Origin: Moniliella sp. 'wahieum'
Taxonomy: Eukaryota
DNA: 64,000 nucleotides
NCBI GenBank assembly: GCA_003971905.1
Contig: RSEE01000147.1
Location: forward strand, 1-64,000
Reading direction: 5' to 3'
The notes beneath the pieces were generated by a model. That model did not search any database. It saw only the letters and a program-made list of their open reading frames with translations, and was not told where the DNA came from. Each line of letters starts with the position of its first letter. Position 1 is the first letter of the stretch. The position numbers and the translations under genes were made by a program. Below, piece by piece: positions 24,829 to 35,978 of this stretch.

Positions 24829-26280
24829 ATGACCTCCACGCACGAGCGCCTGCCGCGCACCTCCTTCGCCTCCGCCAGCCCTCCCCCCCTCCGGGCGACG
24901 TGCAGAGCTACCTCGCCTCCGCCGAGTTCCAGCAGGCCATCCGCAACGCCCCCTCCGCCACCGCGCCCAGCGACGCCGGCTCGATGGCGCACGAGCTGCT
25001 GTCGCGCCGCGCACCCAAGTCCGGCTACCGCTTCTCCACCCTCTGTGCTACCGTCGACGATCCGGAGCACCACGACCAGTATGGCTCGTCGTCCGTGCCA
25101 GTGTACCTCAGCGCCACCTTCAAGGGCCCGCCTGGCGCCGAGTTTGACTACTCCCGCTCGGGCAACCCGACGCGGTCCATGCTGCAGCATCATCTGAGCC
25201 AGTTGCAAAACTGCCGTTTTTCGTTCGCCGTTAGCAGTGGCATGGCGTGTCTGGATGTGATCACGCGGGCTCAAGCCGGGGGAGCGCATTGTGGCTGGGG
25301 ACGATCTCTATGGCGGTTCGAACCGTTTGTTGGGCTACCTCAAGTCGCACGGCGGCATCGAGGCGGACCATGTGGACACGACGGATGCCGCCAAGGTCGA
25401 GGCACTCCTGGCCGAGCGGGCACAACAGATCAAGGACAAGGTGCGGGCATTGGCCCGGTCAAGATGGTGCTCCTTGAGACACCGACCAACCCTTTGATCA
25501 AGATCATTGACCTCAAGCGTTGCTGCAAGGCGGCGAAGCACTACTTCCCGATGCAATCGTTGTTGTGTATGTGCTCTCTCTTTCCTCCCCGCTTTCCCTT
25601 TTTGGCCTTGGTGTGTGCAATGACTGGTATTCTAGCGACAACACCATGATGTCCCCCTACCTCATGCGCCCGCTTGAGCTCGGCGCTGACATTTCCTACG
25701 ACTCGGGCACCAAATACCTCTCGGGCCACCATGACTTGATGGCTGGCATCATCTCGTGCGACCGGGAGGATATTGGAAAGGACATTGCCTTTACGATCAA
25801 CGCGGTGGGCAATGCACTGACGCCACTGGACTGTTTCTGCTGCTGCGGTGGGATTAAGACACTTGCGGTGCGCATGGACCGCCAGCAGGCGGCCTCGTAC
25901 CGCGTGGCCAACTACTTGGAAGGCCTCGGGTTCAAGGTCAACTACCCTGGCTTGGCCTCGCACCCGGGCAAGGAGATCCACGACCAACAAGCCGCCGGAC
26001 CGGGGCCGTACTGTCGTTTGAAACGTTTGACGACGAGGTGTCGAAGCGGATCGTAGGCGCTGCGCGGCTGTGGGGATCAGCGTGAGCTTTGGCTGTGTCA
26101 ACTCGCTGATTCCATGCCCTGTCTGATGAGCCATGCTTCGATCCCGGCCGAGGTGCGCAAGGCGCGTCGTCTGCCCGAAGACTGATCCGTCTCTGTGTGG
26201 GCATTGAGGACCCGCGTGATTTGATTGACGATCTCCAGTCTGCCCTCTTGGCCGCCGGTGCAATTCGCCGACGTGATGGG
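24829..26280 (+). CDS. STR3: Cystathionine beta-lyase (Cys/Met PLP enzyme); likely the N-terminal half of a fusion protein
   Basis: YGSSSVPVYLSATFK, FDYSRSGNPTRS, AGDDLYGGSNRLL, LETPTNPL, DNTMMSP, DSGTKYLSGHHD and GIEDPRDLIDDL; intron at about 25567-25635. Confidence 0.92.
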
Positions 26281-26711
26281 CAGCCGGCGGACCTGAGTAA
26301 TGAGGAGGAGAACGAGTTGGAGTACGTGCGTCTCTATGAGCGGGTTCCGGTCAACACGGATGTGGAGACAGGTATCTTGCTTCCAAGACGGCTTCCGTGC
26401 TCTCCCATCCTCGCTGCGGAGACGACTGCCCAGGTTGCCCCCAGCCCAGATCCTTCTCACCTTGGTGGGAGAATGTGAATGTTCTGGAAACTCGTGGAGG
26501 GGACGACCCAGCCACCCGTACGACGGCAGTACCCGCTATCCCGGCCAAGGAACGCTCGGACCCCGATGCAACGGCGGATGCGATTGAGGCTCCGCTGCGC
26601 CTGGGCGGACCGCTCTAGTGGCTGATCCGGAGGTCGCAGCCGATGGGTCGGTGCTGCCTCAGAGTCAGGCCCGCGGGGTGGGGCAGGAGCATACATCCGA
26701 CCTCCCTTCCG

Positions 26712-28054
26712 ATGGTTGTCTCGGCCCCGGGCAAGGTCATTCTGTTTGGAGAGCACGCTGTTGTGCATGTGTGTTCCTGCGATTGCCGGGGCGGTGGACT
26801 TGAGATGCTACGGCCATGCGGCGCGCCGCAAGGATGGCAAAGTGTCGCTCAAGATCCCTGATGTGGACGCTTCATTTGAGTGGAATGCAAAGGACTTGCC
26901 TTGGTCGTTGCTTCCCAAGACCATCGCCCAGGGCCAAGTGGAGGATGGGACGGACCTGCCGGCATCGGCGGACGAGTCTCTGGACGATGCACTGCGGCTG
27001 GCCATTGAGTCCTTGTTGATCGCACCGTCCTCACCAAGGAGAAGGAAAGCATTAAGGCCCGTCAAGCCCGGAGCTCGGCAGTTGCTTTCCTCTACCTGTT
27101 CATGTGCATTGCCGGTCCTCGCTCGGGCCGAGGGGCAAGGGTTTGTCTTCCGCTCTGCGCTTCCCCTCAGTGCCGGACTTGGATCGAGTGCCGCCTACTC
27201 CTCCTGCCTTGCCTCGGCCTTGATCTATTCCCATGGTCACCTGCCGCTTCCGGCATTCCAGGCGGGACAAGAGCAAGAGCTGGAGGGACGGCCAAGACGG
27301 TGGTGAATTCCTGGGCCTTCCTTGCCGAGAAGATTTTGCATGGCACGCCGAGTGGGGTGGACAATACGGTGGCCGTGTACGGCGGGGCGGTGGCCTTTAC
27401 CCGTGCTCACGCTCGCAATGGTCTGCTCCGCAACCAAATTGAACAGCTTGGTAGCCACAATGCGATGGCAGTGTGAGCCACATGAGGGCCTGCGCCTGCT
27501 TCTCACCGACACCAAGGTGGCGCGGGACACCAAGCGTCTGGTGGCTTCGGTTGGGCAGCAGCTTGCTACCGAGCCGCAGCGCGTCCAAACCATTCTCGGC
27601 CGCATCGAGGACATTAGCACACAGGCCTCCGCCTTGCTCTCCACGCGCCCAGCGCCAAATCGGAGCGTGCGCTCGCCACCCTCTTCACCGCGAACCACAA
27701 GGCGCTGGAGGAGCTGCAAGTCTCGCACCCGGCCCTGGAGCAGTGCGGACGCTCTCACTGGCATCGCCGCTTCACCTGGCCACCAAGCTCACTGGTGCCG
27801 GCGGCGGCGGTTGCGCCATCACGCTGATCCCCACAGCGGCGGCAGAAGTGCAAGTGAAAGAGCTGGAGCAAGCGTTGGCCCAGGCTGGCTTCCAGACATA
27901 TGAGATCGCAGTGGGGGGACCGGGCGTGGGTGTCTATGTGCCGCCTGGCCCAGCGGGCGGAGCCGACGCGGGCTCGGCCGCCTGGTTCGCTTCGCACACG
28001 GGAGCCGACGTGGCGAGGTGGGCCGAGGCGCAGAGGGAGTGGATCTTTGCCTGA
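26712..28054 (+). CDS. ERG12: Mevalonate kinase (GHMP kinase); likely the C-terminal half of a fusion protein
   Basis: VSAPGKVILFGEHAVVH, SALPLSAGLGSSAA, WAFLAEKILHGTPSGVDNTVA and TKLTGAGGGGC. Confidence 0.93.
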
Positions 28055-29030
28055 ATGCGTGAGAGATGGGGGGTGTGCCTGTCCCTTGCCTCCGCGGGGG
28101 GCGCCGTTCCTGTTGGCATGCGTCACGAACGGATACCTCGCGCGCGGGCCATCGACATCGACCCACCCCCTGCCCCGCCCTCGTCCTTGCCCTCATCTTT
28201 AGCGCCGTTGGGATGGACAAAGAATGCCATGACCACTGGGAATGGATTGCTGCGAAAAAGACATGAAGACCATGTGCGATGGTGCCCTCGGGTCAGCCTC
28301 GGCTGCGCTAACCTTCAGCTGAGCATGTTGGGGGAATTGATATAGGAGTTGGATGTCTAGGCTGGGTTACGGTGAGCCACTCGGAGCGTGCACTGCCACA
28401 CGGCAGGTCACCCGGTCACGGCGCAGCAGGTCTTATACGAAAGTCGAGCGCCTTTTACTACCATCGCCCCCATCCCCCCGCTTTTCACCACCACCATGGC
28501 TCTGCGCTCCCGACCCAGTTCCGCACGGACGCTTGCTGTAGAGCATCCCCAGATGTGGACTGAGTGCTACCGGACGCACTTTCAGTTCTGCCCACAGCGT
28601 CGGTGCGTCCGTCAACGAGATTTAAAAGCGCCCACTGGAGAAGAAACTCCGGAATACGACCTGGTTGGTGCTATACTGGTGCCCAAGCACAAGGATGATG
28701 TTTGAGCGTTGGAAGAGGAGTGGTGACGCGGGCGAAAAGCGAAGGCCCCTGCTCGTCCTCCTTCGCGTTCCAGGGGCCGTACTCGTGGTGATATAGGTGG
28801 GACGTGTGGGCGTCCTGGTGAGTTCACCGGCGAGAAGGGAAGCATGCTGTCACGTGCCGTGACGTAGTCTCTCGTCACATGACCTGGGGTTGGCTGCTCG
28901 TTCGGGTTCTCTGGTTGCTTTGTTGCGGAGGCGGAATGAGCGTGGCGGGGGCGGAATGCCTGCCGCCCCCGCAGCATTTCGCCGGGCCCACACGCCTCCT
29001 GGGCAGCCGGGCGGCCGCATCTTGCTTGCC

Positions 29031-31480
29031 ATGGCTGCCATGCCCGACGGCCTCAGCGACAGCACACACGAGCTGGCGCTCGCGTCCAGCGCCCATGCCC
29101 TCCACTCCGCCCCATCCCACCCCCCCCTCCACCACCGCACCCCACACCCAACTCACCGTCCCCGCATCAGCACCGACGACGAAGGCTATGCCGCCGCTTC
29201 GGCCCTCAGCGCAGCCCAACTCGCTGCTGTCCGCCGCCAACGCCAGCCGCCGCCCCAACCTTCCCCCCCGCGCACGATGTCCCCAGCCTCTTCCCCCACG
29301 ACAGCACGATCAGCAATGCCCCCTCCCTCCCCCCTTCCGTGCTTCCCTCCCTCACCGCGCCCCTCCACCGGCCCCCCGCCCCACTTCTCCAACACCGTCG
29401 GCCACTTGGCCGGCGGGGCGAGCCTGTTGGTGCGTTTTTACTGCTGTTCTGCCCCTGGCCTTGGTCCTGTACCTAGCTCTCGCATTGAAACTAACCACCT
29501 GACCCCACGCTGTCTCCGCTCCTAGCTGGTGTGCCGCCCGAGTTGGACCCGCGTGCCTCCAACTTCCGCCTGCCGTCTCCGAGTGCCGCCTCGATATACT
29601 CGGTATCGGTCCAGCCTCCTGCCAGTCCACCGTCGACAGTTGATGATGACCATTTGTCCCATATCGGTGGTGACGATGACGACGACGACGCGCAGCATCG
29701 CCTGGTCGCCCCCCTGGACATGGAAGGTGCTCTCCTCTCGTCCGAAGCGGAGAGTCTGCGGGGCCTGTCCCCGCCCCTCGTCTCGCCGCTTACCCAGCAA
29801 ATCGGCATCAGCCCCCCCAGCTTGGGACTTGAACGACCATCCGAGCACTTGGGAAGGAGCGCATCTCTCTTAAGTGGGCTTTCTACTCCAGGCTCGGTAG
29901 ACAATCCCGTTCCCGTCACCACTGCCCCTCCCACCTGCCCACCGTCAGCTACGGGTTCGGAGTACAATTCATCCCTGTACCCCTTGCGATCCACCAGGTT
30001 TGCCCCACCCCCCTTCGTCAGCGGCTACGGCAGGATCGGAGCCGGACGCACGTAGCGTAGCTACCAACAGTGCATGGTCGGGCTCGCGCCCATCAAGTCT
30101 ACCGGGCAGAGCGCCAGCTCGTTTGAGGCTATCCCGCCCTTGCGCGTCATTGCAGGTCCCATGCACGATTACCTGCATACCTCTGACATGTCTTCCGCTC
30201 CGCTTCCGCTTGTTCGTGATCGCCAGACCTCGTTCCAGTCCGAGTCGACTGCTTCGTCGTCCTATGGCGTGGGCTCCATCCACAGTGGGACCGACTCGCC
30301 TTATGGCGATCGGGGCACGAGCTTTGCTGGAACGTCGATCGGGGCAGCTTCGGTTGGATCCGGGTTCGGCATTGCTCCCCTCCTCCATTAGTCGGTGGGG
30401 CCGGCGAGCCGATTCTAGAAGAGGCGGAGCAACGGACGGATGTGAGTGTTTCGGTGGCCCCTAGCGAAGCCGGAAGCGGAGCCGACGCGAGCGAGCTAAA
30501 TGCGTCCTGCCTCGTACGCCTCCTCGTTTAGCTACCTCCGTCGTTCTTCGCTCAATCGTGCTGCCAGCTCCATTGACGAAGAGGGAGACGACGAACAAGA
30601 TGACTTGGTGCCGCACGATGGCAACACTGATATCGAAGATGACCTGGCCGGGGGCGATACCGACTCGACTCATCACCGTGCCACGAGCATAGGCGGGTAG
30701 TTTTGGTGCTGCGCACCTTGGACCGAGTCGCTCTATCTCTCGAGTGGGGAGTACGAGTGGAGCGGACTTGGCTGTGCCACTTTCGCTTTCCTTTGGCCCT
30801 GGTCTCGCCGCCTTCCGTTCTGCTCAACCGACTCGCGCTCCTTCCACGGTAGCTACGCGGGGACGGCATCCCTCCTCGGAGCATAGCTAGTGCCGCTTCG
30901 GAATCGTCGCACAAAGCACCCCACGCTGCGTTGCATCTCCATGAGCAACCGCCGGGACAAGCGTCATTGTCGGCCTGTCGGATGGAGAGTACGTTGCTCG
31001 GTCCGATTCGGAGCTGGCTACCGCTGGGAGCGAAGAATCGACGGACGAGGGTACGGATACGGAGCCACCGATGCATCCGTCCCATCAACCCCAACGGTCA
31101 TCCTACACCTCTTTCCCGTTGGCTCCGCATCCGCTCTCCCAGGTCCCCGCCTATCCACGCGTATGGTATGGTCCCGAAGCCGAGGACGACGGACCGATTG
31201 GATCGATTCCAGGCTCCTGGATTGGCACGCCGCCTTCGGCTGCGCGCACGCCCGAGCCGGGCCACCATCTTTTCTCTCCTCTGGCACAGACGAGTTGGAT
31301 GGGTACGGCACTCCGCCCCCGCCGATCGGATGGGACCATCCCCATCCTTCTGTTCCTGCCCTTCCCCGATCCACATCAGGCGCTGCGCGGGCTGCGCCTC
31401 GCGGACGGTCCGCCTGCGCCGCAGTCTGGGTTGTAGGCTGCGCGCTGATTTTGTCTGTTGTGCGGAGAGATGGGGATATG
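29031..31480 (+). CDS. Hypothetical Ser/Pro/Asp-rich, probably disordered protein
   Basis: Chain of coding-like ORF pieces (29531-30055, 30074-30391, 30500-30700) with a canonical-looking intron at 29430-29525 (GTGCGT...CTAAC...CTAG); no domain recognised. Confidence 0.5.
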
Positions 31481-31975
31481 ACTGAATGAATGTAGCGACG
31501 CCTGTCTCTGTAGGGTTGCTGAAAGCCCCCAAGGGGAAGGCGGCGCGGCCATGAGAAGGTGGTTGTGCGGATTGCGCTAATCGTCTGATTGCGCTCACGG
31601 TGATTGCGAGCCAGGCCGAGGTCACGTGATCCGAGGCAAAAGAAAAGGAAAGCGGAGGAATGCATTTCAATGTTGAGCGTTTCCGCTGCGGACTAAACAG
31701 CTGGCGCGGCTGGCCCAGGCTGGGCCTGGCTGGGCGCAGCGCCCATGGCCAGCAACGGACAAGGCCAGGAAGTATTGAATCTTCCCGCCTTCCAAGAGGG
31801 ACTGGGATGGGCTTGCTGGTCCGTCGCTTCTGCCGTGCTCCTGCTCTTCTTCTCCGCCCTGCCCCTCCGCTGGCGCCCTGCCGCCGCCACCTGCTTGCCG
31901 CGCCTTCCACCCCGCCCCCGCCCGCGCGACGACGCCCACGCCAGCCTGCTCCATCGCGCTGCGCCCTTATCGCCC

Positions 31976-34741
31976 ATGTCACTTTCCGTGCCTGCTGCTG
32001 CACCCCACATGCCCGGCCTGCCCGACCTGATTGCGCTCACACAGCTCGAGGTGCGCATGCTGGTCGGCGTGGACAATTGGGAACGCCGGTCGCCCCAACC
32101 GGTGCGGATTGACGCCATTGTTCACACGGACATTGCCGCTGCAGGTCGAACGGACCACCTGCCCTACTCGCTGCATTATGGCACGCTCACCAAGGCCCTT
32201 GAGAAACATTGCGCTCATGCGCGCTACCGCTCCCTCGAGGCGTTGGCTGTATGTCCCCCCCCCCTCCCTCCTCCTCCCTCTCCTTCCTTCTGCTCTCCCT
32301 CTCCCTCTCCTTTGCTTCTCCCTCTCCCTCTCTCTGCTCTCCCTCTCCTCTCTTGCTTCTCCCTCTCCCTCCCCTCTTCCTCCCCCTCTTTCGCACAGGG
32401 CACGTGGACTGGCATACTAACTGTGGACCGAACAGGATGGGCTGGCCAAGGTGTGTTTGTACGTGTGCCATGCGCCCGGGGTGACGCTGCGTGTGTCCAA
32501 GCCGCGGAGTCTGTTGCACGCGCACAGTGCCGAGATTGAGGTGACACGAGTAGCGGACTTTGTTGCGCCCGACGGGAGTGAGTTTGACTACCGCGCCCAC
32601 CTGGCGGAAGATCTGGAGGTTCAAAGCAACGTGGAGCGACGTACTTTCTCGAGGCCGAAGGCGACATTCTCACGCCTGCTTTGCAGGCACTGTATCTGTC
32701 GCCTACGTCCCACTGGGCAGCGGAGGACAAAGTATTTGTACGTGACTTGGTGATCAATGCCTTTATTGGAATCAACCCGTGGGAACGGGTGGACAAACAC
32801 AAAACATCTTGGTCAACTTGACATCTTTAGTGGAGACGAGCGGCGGCGTCAAGCCAAGCGCCGCCACAGTCAAGTCAAGATGGACACTGTCTCTCGGCCT
32901 CACAATTTCCGCACCATTGTCCGCAGCATTACCGACTACGTTGCCGCTCGTCGCACAAGACGGTCGAGTCGCTTGCGACTCCATTGCCCGCGTGGCCATT
33001 AGCCAGAACGGGGTGGACCGGATCGAGTGCGGGTGGACAAGCCTTCGGCCATCATGTTTGCCCGCAGTGCTGGCGTGGAGATTGAGCGTGATCGTGCCTT
33101 CTTTGAGGAGGACGAGAAGGAGAAGAAGGCGGAGGCGAAGGAGAAGGAGAAGGAGAAGGAGGCAGCTCAGACCGTGTCGCCTGTCTTGCCAAGCCAGACG
33201 AGTGAACCCATTAGCGCCGAGCATGGCTGGCACCTGGCTGCTGTCGCGCTGGGAGCCAACCTAGGCGACCGCTTTGGCAACCTTGAGCGGGCTGTCGATC
33301 TGTTGCAGGCCCACCCTTCCATCCGGGTCGTCGACACCTCTTTCCTGTACGAGACGCCGCCGATGTACGTGGTGGACCAGCCCAAGTTCCTCAACGGTGC
33401 TGTTCGCCTGGCCACGCGCTTGACGCCCATGGAGCTGCTACGGGCGTGTCAAGAGATTGAGCAAGCCCTTGGGCGGGATAAGGAGCATGTGCCTGACAAG
33501 GGCCCCGGTCGGTCGACCTAGATATTTTGTTGTACGACCACATGGAGGTGCAGGAGGGTCCTACCCTGATCATCCCCCACCCCTTGATGAAGGAGCGGGA
33601 GTTTGTGCTTCGTCCACTTGTGGATATTTTGCCGCACTACGAGCACCCTGGCGCATCCAAGACGACGGCGCAGCTGTTGAGCTTGCTCCACCACTCGCCT
33701 GATATGCTGGCGACCAGGGCATTCGCCGGGTCAGCTTTGTACCTGCGCCTCGACCCTTGGCGACTGCCGTGCCGCCGGCCCGGCCACCTTGTGGTCCTGG
33801 GGCAGCAAGACCCTGGTCATGGGTATCCTGAATGCCACCCCAGACTCTTTCTCAGATGGAGGGGACCACCTCGCAGCTCCCTCGGCCGTTGCCAAGGCTG
33901 AGCAGATGGTCGCTTCGGGCGCCGACATGCTCGACGTTGGTGGTCTCTCCACCGCTCCGGGCACTAAGGAGATTACGATTGAAGAGGAGATTGCTCGGAT
34001 TGTGCCGGTCATCCAGGCCGTGCGGGCAGCTGGCGTGACCGTCCCCATTTCGATCGATACGTTTAATGCGCCTGTGGCTCAAGCTGCGCTTGAGGCCGGG
34101 GCCAACGTGATCAATGATGTGAGTGGGGGCGAGCGAGACGCTGCGATTTTGGACGTGGCACGCAGGTGGGGGGGTACCGTTCATCTGCATGCACATGCGC
34201 GGGGACAGTAGCACGATGAATTCGCTTACGAGGTATGCGAACGACGATGTGCTGACGGGGGTGCGGGTGGAACTGCAGGAGCGGGTGGGGACGCGCTCCA
34301 GGCTGGGGTCCGACGCTGGCACCTCATTCTCGATCCGGGCATTGGGTTCGCCAAGAACCAACAGGGCAACCTGACTCTTCTTCGGGACCTGGCGCAGCTC
34401 ACCCAGCCCAGCACCAGTCCGCGCTCCCCCGTTGCGTCCCACCCAGGGGGCAGCGCCCTGCCCTCCCGTCCTGGCTCGCCCCGCTCGTTCCCATGGAAGT
34501 GGAAGCTGGCTCGGACCTGACCACGCCCCATGCTCGGTTAACCGGTTTCCCCGTCTGGGTGTGCCGCAAACGCTTCCTGGGCTCGGTCACGGGCCGGACG
34601 GAACCAAAGGAACGTGTGTTTGGTACAGCCGCGGCCTGTGCTGCTGCCATCTTTGGAGGGGCAGATATTGTGCGTGTGCACGATGTGGAGGAAATGGTAG
34701 ATGTGGCCAAGACGACCGATGCGATCGTTCGTGCGCCCTAA
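31976..34741 (+). CDS. FOL1: Trifunctional folate synthesis protein (DHNA-DHNA-HPPK-DHPS)
   Basis: VGVDNWERRSPQPV and IGINPWER (two FolB domains); ALGANLGDR and LYETPPMYVVDQPKFLN (HPPK); MGILNATPDSFSDGG and ADIVRVHDV (DHPS); intron at about 32248-32434. Confidence 0.95.
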
Positions 34742-35374
34742 TCGGCCTACCACTCTACTCCATCCCCACCCAACGCCCAGGGGGCACCTCCACTGGCCAC
34801 CCCTCTTCCCTCTTCTCTCGCTTGCATGTGTGTCTGTCCAATGACGTAGTGCCCCACTGGAAGCGCTTATTGCCCCGTCCGATGCAAGTGGGAGACGGGG
34901 GGCTACGTTAAACGTTAACGTATCTTCCTGCCTCGGCACCTGGGCGGGGCTCAGCCTGGCTCAGCCCTCGCTTAGCTCCCCCTTTACCCTTGTTGTATGC
35001 CCTGGTTTTCATGTCCCCCCCCCCTTGTGCACCTCAACGTTGCCTCTTTTCTGCCCTTGGGTCTTCCTCTAGCCTCGTCCTGTCTGTATCTGCACCTCAA
35101 CGTTGCATCTTTTCTGCCCACTTCGCCTGCCGCGCCTTTGAGGCCGGCCGTGAGGCCTCAGCCTGAGGTTTCAGAGTCCCGGGGGCTCTTACGCGCTTAC
35201 ACTTCTCGGCAATCTGAGCGCTAAGACTCTCGGCACGCTGAGTCTGCCCCAGGCTCGCTATAGCTCACTAGTCCCTCAGTTCGGTCCACGTTCTACAACT
35301 ATTAGCGCCAGGTCGATCCGAACATTGTCGATTCTCATCGCCATGCGTCATACATCCTGCATCCTGCCTCGTGA

Positions 35375-35505
35375 AGCTTAAGCTTGAGCTTGGAGCTTGG
35401 AACTTGAAGCTTGGAGCTTGGAACTTGAAGCTTGGAGTTGGAACTTGAAGCTTGGAGCTTGGAACTTGAAGCTTGGACCTTGGAACTTGAAACTTGAAGG
35501 TTGAA
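35375..35505. repeat. Heptamer array CTTGGAG/CTTGGAA/CTTGAAG with a 21-nt higher-order unit
   Basis: Read directly from the sequence. Confidence 0.9.
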
Positions 35506-35794
35506 GGTCAATGGAGTCGATCCAGTCCGCTGTAGGCGAGAGGTCGAACGAATTGCAATACAATGCAACTTGAATCCTGCGCATCGATCCATTCCCGTCG
35601 CCAAGATTTCAGCGCGAAGGGGGGGGTGCGAACCCCAGTTCACGTTTCAATCGTTCATACCGTGCATACGCATACCACCAGCTGAATGATTAATGAGTTG
35701 GGATCGATCATCGATCATGGATCATCGATCATGGATCATCGATCAACGATCGACGGTCGACGATCTGGCTGCTTGGTACCATCGAGGATGCAAA

Positions 35795-35978
35795 CTGGGT
35801 ACTGGGTACTGGGTGCTGGGTAGGGTACTGGGTAGGGTACTGGGTACTGGGTACTGGGTACTGGGTACTGGGTACTGGGTGGGTATGGGTACTGGGTACT
35901 GGGTACTGGGGGTACTGGGTACTGGGTACTGGGTACTGGGTACTGGGGGTACTGGGTACTGGGACTGGGTACTGGGGT
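35795..35978. repeat. (GGGTACT)n minisatellite
   Basis: More than 20 near-perfect 7-nt units. Confidence 0.95.

Noticed and set aside
24829..34741. One-carbon/sterol metabolic gene cluster (STR3, ERG12, FOL1)
   Set aside because: FOL1 is separated by an unrelated gene and I saw no shared regulatory motif; proximity may be chance
35375..35978. CRISPR-like array
   Set aside because: No unique spacers, and the context is eukaryotic
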